Assembly: GCA_000182565.2 (NCBI GenBank)
Contig: KQ257455.1
Strand: one strand, 5' to 3'
Origin: Spizellomyces punctatus DAOM BR117
Taxonomy: Eukaryota
Length of the DNA: 64,000 nucleotides
The notes below the pieces were generated by a model. The model was not told where the DNA came from. It did no database searches and saw nothing but the letters and a program-made list of their open reading frames with translations. Position numbers and translations under genes: made by a program. Positions within the stretch are counted from its first letter, which is position 1. Each line of letters opens with the position of its first letter. Positions 40,059 through 49,740 of this stretch are shown here, piece after piece.

Positions 40059-40950
40059 GCCTGTTGATTGAAAGCACTTGCTATCATTTTCTTTCCAAAG
40101 AATTGGGCAATCGGCGTGACCCACGTATAGAGCAAGGCAGGTCAGGCCGCAGCCGTACTCTTCGAAGAGGAAAAATGGAGTTGGGTTTTCAATAAATATA
40201 TCCAATCCGCACTCCGCGCACCTCAACCTGTTCTCCAAGTACGTTCGGGGCTCATGTCTCAGCGACCCAACCAGCTCGCAAGGGGATTGCTTGAAGCGCG
40301 AGCCATACCTGAACGCAAAGGGGCAAGCACGTAGCTTTAACGGGGGCCCATCCCAAGGGATTACCACCCGTTCCTTCTTGCTCGCAGTAGTACTCATCCC
40401 AAAGCTGACTGGTAAGCGCGAGTTACAAGTGCCCGTTATCCGCGCAAGACGGTCTAAGCCCACCCAACTTGCATAAGCCCTCCGGCACAGCGACCTAGGA
40501 TCCTCTTTATGTTGTAGTTTGCCACCCGCTGGATGACAAATCCAGTCAAAGAGGACCATAAAATACTGGATGGGGCCGGCCTTTCTGACAGATTATTCCC
40601 GAGGGTCAAATCCCGCCATAATTACCGTCAAAGCGGAGTCTCCACTGCGCAGATGTTCTCGAGCCTTTTGGGCGAGACAATGCACATTAAAGTCTCTACG
40701 CTTCGACACACACTTAGGGTTAGGTTCTCCCAGCGGATCTGCATTTTGGACGAGCCACATCACATGGAGGGCACACGATCCAGTTTGCAAATCTTTTGGT
40801 TGAAGGCCATGGTGGTCAGGCTGTTACGGGTGCACCAACTTGCGAGAGCAACAAAACCGCATATTATGAAAGGCTTATACAGGCTTAGCGGATCTTTTGT
40901 CGAGAACAGGGAGGCGGGATGAACATCCGGAAGTGGGGAAGAGATGAGGA
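40059..40950 (-). ncRNA. Candidate telomerase RNA (TR/TER); ends approximate
   Basis: Template CUAACCCUAA (40723-40714); boundary helix directly 5' of it; pseudoknot 40571-40499; 14-bp core-enclosing helix 40881-40868 with 40483-40470; long stem with a three-way junction 40272-40101; ANANNA (40094-40089) and ACA (40064-40062); upstream TATA. Confidence 0.85.
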
Positions 40951-40975
40951 AAACAGCCAGCGCGACCTGCCGTTG

Positions 40976-40983
40976 TTTTTATA
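40976..40983 (-). promoter_or_regulatory. TATA box of the candidate telomerase RNA
   Basis: TATAAAAA on the minus strand followed by a pyrimidine-rich stretch and no recognisable CDS. Confidence 0.65.
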
Positions 40984-41127
40984 GCGCGTAGAGCTACAAC
41001 CCTGGTGGCTGGCTGTTTCATTTAGGATCCCTGTGACGTAAACTGTTCAAAGTCAGCTCGTCCCCGTGGGAGGATGGGGGAGCATCTTTACACATCTGCA
41101 TCCGCCATCTTCTTTCTTCAAAGTACA

Positions 41128-41941
41128 ATGCCCTCCATTACGAAATACGTTTGGAGTATCTTGCTTGGTCATGTCGGCGAAAATGCGCATCCTCTGCATC
41201 CCGGTGGGTATCTAGTATGTTTTCTTGCCATTGGAGGCACGCACATTGACGCTGTTTGTATGATACATAGCGGTTGTGCATGTTCCAGCTACCCTGTACC
41301 CTGTCGCATTTGCCAGTGATGTTGTAGGGCTTTTTATGGACAGGTAAATATAAATATGTTTTCTGGATTCTTTTCAACTGATGATACAGTGCTGAGCTGG
41401 TCAACTCTACGTTGAAGCAGGTTTCCGCCTGTGCTCTCTTTTGTAACCTCTAGGGGCCTTTACGCATTTAGTTATTATGCAACGGCTGCTTCCCTCATCT
41501 CAACCATCCCAGCTGCATTGACTGGCTTTGCGGAGTTCTTCACCATCAATAAGGAGAGGAGCCCGGAGGCAAACCGGACCGCATATTGGCACGCAGGACT
41601 GAACATTAGTGCTGGTATGTAATGAGTGGTATCATGACTTGCGCGCACTTGGGCATTAAATGACTGGTATCCCATAACCAGTTGCGATTGCATTGTTCAA
41701 CTTCCTTACCAAGCGTCAAACGGTGGATTTTGCCCCTTACAAGTTCAACATCTTCCTGTCAGGTGTAGGACTGACGGGAGTCTTGTACAGCGTGTACCTG
41801 GGCGGAACGCTGGTATACAAACATGGTGTTGGAGTCAGAAGAATGGGGGAAGGAAAAAAGGCCAAGGTTATCGAAGGCAATCCAAACTACGACCTGGACT
41901 CTGAGTTGGGTGTGCCTCAAGTAGGGAAAGGTTGCTGTTGA
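41128..41941 (+). CDS. DUF2231-family membrane protein, multi-exon
   Basis: HPLHP|AVVHVP, PAALTGFAE, WHAGLN, YLGGTLVYKHGVGV. Confidence 0.85.
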
Positions 41942-42061
41942 CTTGAAAACAGGGCTTGAATCGTGCAGATTTCAATAGTCTCGCAAAACTATCCATTTTA
42001 CAATGTGCCCATGTGTAGTAGTTAAAAAAACAATTGACTGCAACTCCTCACCTACCAAATA

Positions 42062-42483
42062 GTGACCGTACACAGCCTGGCAGCACGGCTTTGTCAAGTC
42101 GACGCACTGTCCGATACGGCCGGACAGCAGTGCACGGACAGAGTCCGCGCTTTTGCGTGTCTTCGACTGCACCTTACCACTGCGGGTACTTTTCTGGAGG
42201 GACTGATGGTAGATGAAGGGTCCCGGGCTGTCGTGACCTATAACGAAGTAGAGACAATGCTGGTGAATATCGGTGGTCTAGCGCCCCCTGGCCAGTTTTA
42301 GAAGGTACCGCCCAACATTTGAGATACTTTTCGTCTTGTATCTCGCCCATTGCTGTTGCAAATCAATAAATTGGACATTATGGGCAAGTGGCAGCTCAGA
42401 ATACATAGTCTATTATAATGTGCTCAGAACTACGAGACACCACTGATCCTTCCTGTTCCAAATCGCATTACAAAGTGACGCGA
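42062..42483. repeat. Dispersed repeat copy 1: module A (42062-42139) directly joined to module B (42145-42483)
   Basis: A recurs at about 44066 and 45608; B recurs at 47439-47750 with long identical runs (e.g. cgactgcaccttaccactgcgggtacttttctggagggactgatggtagatgaa). Confidence 0.9.
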
Positions 42484-42523
42484 GTCGAACCTGAATTTTT
42501 GTTTAACACAGCTCCAACTCGCC

Positions 42524-43426
42524 ATGGGCAAACGGAAATCTCGCCCTCACCCCAGTAAAATATCAAAAAGCACAGCGCCTTCCCAACGCTTCCCCACTCT
42601 CTCCTCCCTCACCAGAACGGAGCTCCTTCTGCAAACTTTAAGAACGTCCCAGCCTTCCAATCCCGCACACCCATTCAAACTAAACCAACGGATTCTCCTC
42701 ATTGGCGAAGGCGACTTTTCGTATGCTCGTGCTCTCGCAACTTCCCTTGGCAAAGGCCAGAATATCATCGCAACATCCTTTGACACTAAGCCGGCGCTGA
42801 TACAAAAGTACCCGCATGTGCAGACCATACTGGGTGAACTGGTGTCTTCCGGTGTGACAATTCTTCATAACGTCGACGCAACCGCCCTCACTTCCAACAG
42901 CAGGTTGAGCGCTCTTACGGCACAAAACAAGTTTGATCGTATCGTTTTTCAGTTCCCGCATGTGGGAGGGAGTCAGCAGGCCGATGTTGAGCAAAACAGG
43001 GCCCTCTTATCAAACTTTTTCGCCCAGGCACAGCAATTGATGAATGCTAATGGTGAAATCCACGTAACGCTACGGGATACTCCTTTTTACCGACAGTGGA
43101 GCATTGAGGATCTGGCCTTGAAAGAAGGTTTGGCAATGAAACAGCGTGTTCCGTTCGAAGGGGAGCGGATGCAGGCGCTTGGCTATACACCTCAAAGGAC
43201 CCATCCGGCTGTTCGGGATGCTCCGACCCTTGAGAACGCCTTTGTGCACGTTTTCGAGATGCGGGCCGACAAGCCTGCTACAAAAAAGAAGGAAGATATT
43301 CCATCGCATGGGCTGGCAAGGAACATGAAAACAGCATCAGCGTCGACCATACCCAAAAAGTCGAGGGCCGGTGCCATTGGCAAAAAACCGAAACAGATGC
43401 GCGGAAAAAGGGGAACAAAGAGATGA
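42524..43426 (+). CDS. 25S rRNA uridine-N3 methyltransferase BMT5-like (DUF2431), intronless
   Basis: RILLIGEGDFSYARAL, IATSFD, ILHNVDAT, FDRIVFQFPHVG, GEIHVTL; basic termini. Confidence 0.9.
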   Translation: MGKRKSRPHPSKISKSTAPSQRFPTLSSLTRTELLLQTLRTSQPSNPAHPFKLNQRILLIGEGDFSYARALATSLGKGQNIIATSFDTKPALIQKYPHVQTILGELVSSGVTILHNVDATALTSNSRLSALTAQNKFDRIVFQFPHVGGSQQADVEQNRALLSNFFAQAQQLMNANGEIHVTLRDTPFYRQWSIEDLALKEGLAMKQRVPFEGERMQALGYTPQRTHPAVRDAPTLENAFVHVFEMRADKPATKKKEDIPSHGLARNMKTASASTIPKKSRAGAIGKKPKQMRGKRGTKR

Positions 43427-44065
43427 CAGGATCTGAATATGGCATCACAACAGGATATTTCCGCCAGACTATGCACTAGCTTTAAGGTAGGGAAGGACCC
43501 CAACGCGCCATTATTCTCGGCTTCATCGTCTGTTACCCTTTGCGAAACCAAAATTTGTCACAGTGTGGGCATCTCTTCTCGGGTCACCATGTCGGCGAAG
43601 TTGTTTCATCTAAAGTTAGAGCCCGTCAATGCCTCTGACACCTCAAATGTAGATATAACAGTGATGTATCATTATTTATACACGTCAATTGCTTCAACTC
43701 GCGTGATGTAGCAGAGTACGGCATTCTCGCGCGTAGTGATCGCCATATTTGCACTAGCTCTTACCGTAAGAAGTTTCAGGGCTAGCATTTCGTATGCCAC
43801 ACATTACGCATATAATGCGAATCTAAACCCTTGTTTCATGAATACAGGTTATACTTGATATATGGACACCTCTGTTCATGTACCACTCCTACACCGTTAA
43901 ACAATTGGCACCCCATTATGTAGGTTATATAGTGCATTAACTCAGTACATGCGCCCAGTCACCGCCCATATCTTCTCGCAATCTTGGTTACAGTGTGCCA
44001 TAAAAGGGTGTTCTTATTATTATTACGTTCGACCGCAGTCGAGTTTCTTTTGCACCTGCTAAATA

Positions 44066-44190
44066 GTAACCGTACACAGTCTGGTCAAGTCGAAGGACTA
44101 CAGTTCTGTCCGATAGGCCGGACAGCAACGACGCGCTTAGTGCACGGACCGGGCCAATCAGAGTGCACGCAAATTTCCTATAAAGTCACC
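44066..44190. repeat. Module A copy 2, with CCAAT and TATA-like sequence
   Basis: gtaaccgtacacag...ctgtccgataggccggacag...tagtgcacggaccgggccaatcag...cctataaag. Confidence 0.8.
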
Positions 44191-44369
44191 GTGTCGCCCC
44201 AGCTTTTCGCGCACTTCCACACTGCTCACAGGGCACCTCATCTGTTGCGACGGTACGAGGTGAAGTCCATTGCGATGGCCCCAAGTTAGGTCAATCCCAC
44301 CCCGGGTGTCTGCGGAGACCTGGGAGGATGTGCATTGCGATGCCGGCTTTGACCGAAGCGTAGAGCGAG

Positions 44370-44620
44370 CTCCACTTTTGCAGATGCGTTCTGCACTACT
44401 TTGCCGCAGATGCGTTCTGCTCCACTTTTGCAGATGCGTTCTGCTCTACTTTGCCGCAGATGCGTTCTGCACTACTTTTGCAGATGCGTTCTGCTCTACT
44501 TTGCCGCAGATGCGTTCTGCTCCACTTTTGCAGATGCGTTCTGCTCTACTTTGCCGCAGATGCGTTCTGCTCTACTTTTGCAGATGCGTTCTGCTCCACT
44601 TCTGCAGATGCGTTCTGCTG
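44370..44620. repeat. Minisatellite: 10 copies of GCAGATGCGTTCTGC in alternating 26/24-bp units (50-bp higher-order repeat)
   Basis: Core starts at 44380, 44406, 44430, 44456, 44480, 44506, 44530, 44556, 44580, 44604. Confidence 0.97.
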
Positions 44621-45607
44621 ATGTGTTCTGCTCCAATCGCAGCTGGTCTGCGCAGCGATTGCTCCCATTCGCGGAACGGGGATGAGGGATGTGAGGATCC
44701 GAGGTTTAGGTGGGATTGTCAGGGTGTGTTCAATTGATTCTGCAGCTGGTCTGCTTCAATTACGACGGCATATACTAACTGCTTGTGCTCCATTTCTTTT
44801 ACATAGTGATTGCCAGTTGACCGTTCGTGGAGTCGCCATGATTACCGGGCCCGCGTCCTTAACCGCAAGCACCTCTGTGATCGGTGAAAGCGGGTTGCAC
44901 TCGGAGTGTTTTGTGGATTTGTGGATCAGTTAGAGCATTTGCTTGGGGGGGGATGTCGCACGATACTAGTAGGAAAAGTTGGAAAACGGAGGATATCGGA
45001 CAATGTCGGTGGTAAATAGTTGCCACGATATATCAAAGTAGCTACATGATTTGATGAATGTATCTTGAGACGCAGGGAAACATTTATGGATGTGAGCCAA
45101 GCTGGAGAGCACGCATTATCTAATGGCCAGGCATGCGTAGGTTTTGGGAAGGAAGAAAGCTCTGAATAACTTGACGTGACAGATGCGTGATAGAGTCGGC
45201 CACCCCACTTTCCATATTCCTTAGCTTTTACAATGAAATCACGAAAAGTATAGGTATACTTACCTGAGTGGGTGAGAGATGCGCTACGACAAGCAAGTGA
45301 TGCACAGTGATGCAATGCCTCTATATACACGGAATGCGTGAAGGACTAAAATAAGTGTAAAAGATATGGCGCAATCAAAGACGTTTTACGGGATAAATGC
45401 ATGATATAGAATATAGAGAACTGCTTCCATAGGATATGAATAACAATAAGCTGCATCTTGTGTTTTATCCGGTCTTCTGTCGAGTGTGTTGCGCGCACGC
45501 ATTTCCACTAGTTTTGTTGCATTACCTCGGGCGCTCACAGTATTTCGCTTTCGGTATGTAATTAAGGCTTAACGGAGTTTCTTTCAAAAGCTCACCTCCT
45601 ACATAAT

Positions 45608-45710
45608 GACGGTAACAGCTGCCGACTGTCTTTGTGAAGTCGAAGGACTGTCCGATACTCTCGGACAGCTTAGTGCACGGACCGGGCCAATCAGATTGCT
45701 CGCACGTTAT
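45608..45710. repeat. Module A copy 3, followed by TATATAAAG at about 45755
   Basis: aagtcgaaggactgtccgatactctcggacagcttagtgcacggaccgggccaatcag is shared with copies 1 and 2. Confidence 0.8.
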
Positions 45711-45852
45711 CGGATTACGCGTGGCGCAGGAATGTACCCCTTGACGCGTTCGCCTATATAAAGGGGGTGTTCTACCCCATCGTCTTCCCCATCAACTTTC
45801 TCCTTTCGACATCTGCCGTCAACGTTCCCTCTTCTACATCCGCCGCAGAAGT

Positions 45853-46251
45853 ATGAAAGACATCGCCGAGCCTCTCATACCCCACAAGTACTTTACTGGG
45901 CAACACCCGCAAGTATGGAGCCCCCAACAGTTTTGGGCTAACGGCGGATCAAAGTTGGAACACCCCGCGAATGTCTATTACCGCTCATTGGAGCATATCA
46001 GGAATAATGAAGAAGGTTTTGCCGCCGAGCGGGCAGCTCAATTGCTGGACAAATATGATGTGAGTTATTTTGCTAGTTCTACTTGTCTGCATCTCAGTGG
46101 TAGTGGTGATGCCTGCGCGTATCTCTTCAACTTTCCTGTTTGCGCGCATTCGTAGCTGAGCTACGCGTCCGATGCCAAACAGCTTGGGACATTGGAAGCT
46201 AAGGAGCAGCACCGTTACAGGTGGACTTTTCGAAATCCTCCAGAGCGGTAA
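45853..46251 (+). pseudogene. Truncated gene of unknown family inside the repeat-bounded block
   Basis: TATA, ATG, protein-like first exon (KYFTGQHPQVWSPQQFW...YYRSLEHI...AAQLLDKYD), GT-AG intron, then an early stop. Confidence 0.4.
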
Positions 46252-46708
46252 CGCGATGCTGAACATGCGGCACAATGACAGTAGTCATATGTGATCCATG
46301 GGTGGAGCGGCTCATGCTATGACCCCCTCTACGCTGCTCCTCCAGCGCAGTCTTCACCATGATAGCCTCCCCTAACTCTTCCCCACGTGCCGCGATACTT
46401 TCGTTGGTGCACGGATTTGAAATCGGTGCGAAGAGGCGAAATCGGCGCGAGGGCTCGGTGTTCGGGGAACTACCACTGACGCGCAAGTGGATTTACATTA
46501 CTGACCCATCCGTCCTCAGTCTGTCATCTTTAGACTTAAGGGCCGGAAACATGGATGCATTTCGCGTTGTTGAATTGGCAGTTGAATCGACGAGCAAAGA
46601 CATATCCTGCTCCACCGGTCTACCAAACAGTATGCCAACCTCTTAATATCTGATAGTATCTCCGTCAAGGTACGTAACTAACAAGCCTGAAACGTCTATT
46701 GTGCCTCC

Positions 46709-47000
46709 GGAGATGAACGTGTTGTGTCCGTGGGAGAAGCGTCACGTCCACGGACACGACACGTTCATCTCCCACGTCTGGCATAGCTAGGGGTTTGGTC
46801 GTTCACGTCCGCGACGCGCCCTGTAAGGAGGCCGTCCGAGGGGTCTGTCGCGTCCACGGACACAACGCGTCCATCTTCCATGTCTGGCGCAGCAAGGGGT
46901 TTGGTCGTTCACGTCCGCGACGCGCCCTATGAGGAGGCCGTCCCAGGGGTTTGTTGCGTCCGCGTAGCAAGGGCGTTTGGTTGTTCACGTCCGCGGACAC
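46709..47000. repeat. 25-bp inverted repeat (46709-46733 / 46748-46772) merging into GC-rich tandem repeats of about 106 bp (about 2.4 copies)
   Basis: GGAGATGAACGTGTTGTGTCCGTGG ... CCACGGACACGACACGTTCATCTCC (one mismatch); units start at 46745 and 46851. Confidence 0.9.
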
Positions 47001-47438
47001 GCCGACGGGGTACGTGGTTTTCACTGGGCGAACATCACATTGCATGGCAGGCTTGATGTTGTCCCACCGTCATATCCTTCTTTTGTATCGTTAAGCGGCA
47101 TCCACCCGGTAAGTGTGCGATCAGAGAATGGATGGGTGAGAAATCCTCCGGCGAGAGGAACCACGAATGCAATAGTTGTCGCTTTTTCCCTTCGCACGTA
47201 CCTGCTGGAAGGTGCCATCTTACGACTTTGGGATAGCATCTTTCACTACAGAGGCGTTACCTCTTGCCCACGGAAATTACGCAAGATGTTGCGGAAAGGA
47301 TGTGCTTTGACGCATCTGACTAAACCTCTGAAGTTGCTACGACACCTGGGGCTTCTGACACAGCTAGGGGTCGATGACCGCCTTTGTTGGATTCGCCGTC
47401 GTTGCATTTTCCCGGTTGGTGTTGCAAGGTGATGAACC

Positions 47439-47750
47439 CGCGCTTTTGCGTGTCGTCGACTGCACCTTACCACTGCGGGTACTTTTCTGGAGGGACTGAT
47501 GGTAGATGAAAGATCCCTTTAGGGGTTGTCGGGACCTATGACAAAGTAGAGACAATGCTGGTGAATATGCATTTGAGATACTTTTTCGTCTTGTATCTCG
47601 CCCATTACTGTTGCAAATCAATAAATTAGTGATTGCTGAACATTATGGGCAACTGGCAACTCAGAATAGACACTATATTGTGCTCAGAAACAACTACGAG
47701 AAACCACTGATCCTTCTTTTGCTAAATCGCATTATTAACAGTCTGACGCG
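47439..47750. repeat. Module B copy 2, direct repeat of 42145-42483
   Basis: Colinear with copy 1 apart from small indels and lacking a roughly 45-bp insert. Confidence 0.9.
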
Positions 47751-47853
47751 TACACCTGGGCTTTGTCCGGATTCATCTTTGTACAATTGCACATTGCAGT
47801 TGCACTTGCTTCAGAAGGATAATCTACTGTAACACTGCAGCCAACTCAACACT

Positions 47854-48627
47854 ATGTCGGCCACAGCTATATCTACAGCCCGTGCTGCATCACTTCTTCG
47901 TGAATTCGGCAGCTGTGAGCTCGCAGATGCGCTCACAAAGTTATCCATCCCAGCACACATCCCCAACGTTGTCCTTCGTTCGCCAGATCCTTCCTCCTCA
48001 TCTTTCTCTTCAACTCGCATCTGCGGTCCCGCACATACAGTAGAGTTTGTTCCTGCAACAGATACCGTCTCACCTCGGCTTCCTTCCTCCATTCCCCACC
48101 ACGTTGATGTCGCACCGAAAGATTCCGTTATTGTTATCAAGGCTCCGCTAACCACACCTAATGCCGTATGGGGAGGGTTAATGTCTGCTAGGGCGTCCCA
48201 GTTGGGTTGCGTGGGGGTAGTTGTGGAGGGTCGCATTCGGGATTTGAGAGAACATTGGGGCTTGAATTTTCCCGTCTTCTCCTCGGGCACATCGACCTTG
48301 GGTGCATCACCTTACGTGCGTGTTACCAGTGTAGGTGAGCCAATAACATTAGGAACAGAGTGTGGATGGCCCGTAGTGGTGCGTAATGGCGACATGATTG
48401 TTGCGGATATTGATGGGGTTGTACGAGTCCCGTTGGATCGTGTAGAGGAGGTCGTTCAAGTCGCGCAGAAAGGGGTAGAGACTGATGCAAAGTGTATGAA
48501 GGATCTGCTGAATGGGAGGAGCATTGTAGATGCATTTGCGGAACATCGCGGAAAGAAAAAAGGTGTGTACTTCATTTCATTACAAGAGTCTCATCATGTA
48601 AACTAATGTCCTTTAGCAACATCCTAG
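47854..48627 (+). CDS. RraA-like / HMG aldolase-oxaloacetate decarboxylase family protein
   Basis: CELADAL, ICGPAHTV, NAVWGGLMS, GVVVEGRIRDLRE, GDMIVADIDGVV; short last exon after an intron. Confidence 0.9.
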
Positions 48628-49740
48628 GAACGAAACCCAAATTGTAGACGATTAGAGCGATGTGAGATGTCAATTGATTACCCATTTTATTAGAGAGCTT
48701 CAAAGGCGTACATAGAAACCGTACGAGACAACAGAAGGTGCTTTAAGTTTACAATGAGACGATCAACATTGCGACAGGACGAAGGTCCATTTATTATCAA
48801 TATATTGACCTATTTGGGAAGTGTATAGGCTGGTATTTGACCGTCCACCTTTTGCTTTTGTTTATTTACAATTCTATCCTGGTTCGTGAAGAGTGCGATC
48901 TTCATACATTAACGGGAGCCATTGCCTCAGTGGTCACATTGCTTAAAGGCAAGTGCAGGACCAAGATGAACAAGAGACGCGGTCCATACTTCCAATCCAC
49001 TCGCGACCGAACAATATCCTGTGTGCAGTTGTTCACCATGATGGGCAATATGTACCGGGCGGACATACGGCCGACTCCCTTGATCACGGTAATGTCAACC
49101 ACATATTCTGGACATAGCCAGATCGCACCATGTGAAACGTCTCTGAAGTTCGACTTGAGAGCGTCCCGCGCAACTCCCAGAATAACTGGTTCTAATCTCG
49201 GGGATGTACTCATAACCTTAGGCAGCACACATTCCTCTTAAAAGTTCCACCTAACTGGTGCGGCATAGAAGATTCATTGTCACATCTCAAGGGAGTTGCG
49301 TGCGATATCTGAAGCATCTGGGAGGAATAGTGGTGAAACAACTCAGGCATTTGACAAACCACTCTTGCCATCCGTGTATCGGCAATGCTTAATTAAGGAC
49401 CCCTCCATAAGGAAGAAACATAGGCATTGAAGATTTCCCTTGCCGCCAAGGACGTGAAAATGGGGGATTCGCATCGCTGCGATACAGTCGTGGTGGTCAT
49501 CGAAGATCATCAAACGTTACCAAACGCGTGGATCCGTTATCTCAGAGATTAGTGCTGCCATGGCAACAACAAGTGCGACCCATCAACCTGAGATGGTCCA
49601 ACCCAGACTGCCTTCTTCACAGCCACTACGGCCAAGTCATCTACTGCAACGCCTACGATACGACAAGTCTGCCATAAGAGCCTGCTCCTTCATACGTTGA
49701 ACGCACTTTATCCTGATACACGCGCGGTTTGGAGTCCTTG

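Noticed and set aside
40291-40922. Plus-strand ORFs (61, 129 and 77 aa) over the TR candidate
   Set aside because: No motifs or credible gene structure; the TATA orientation and G-U-rich helices point to the minus strand.
42271-42315. tRNA-like TGGTCTAGCG insert in module B copy 1
   Set aside because: No B-box or cloverleaf, and too short.
44370-44620. CRISPR-like array of palindromic repeats
   Set aside because: Spacers are only 9-11 bp and near-identical, there are no cas genes, and the context is eukaryotic; it is a minisatellite.
44270-44737. Cys-rich 155-aa ORF
   Set aside because: Translation artefact of the stop-free minisatellite, with a non-ATG start.
42145-47750. LTR retrotransposon bounded by the two module B copies
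   Set aside because: No TG...CA ends, primer-binding site, polypurine tract, gag/pol remnants or TSD; the interior holds a host methyltransferase gene.
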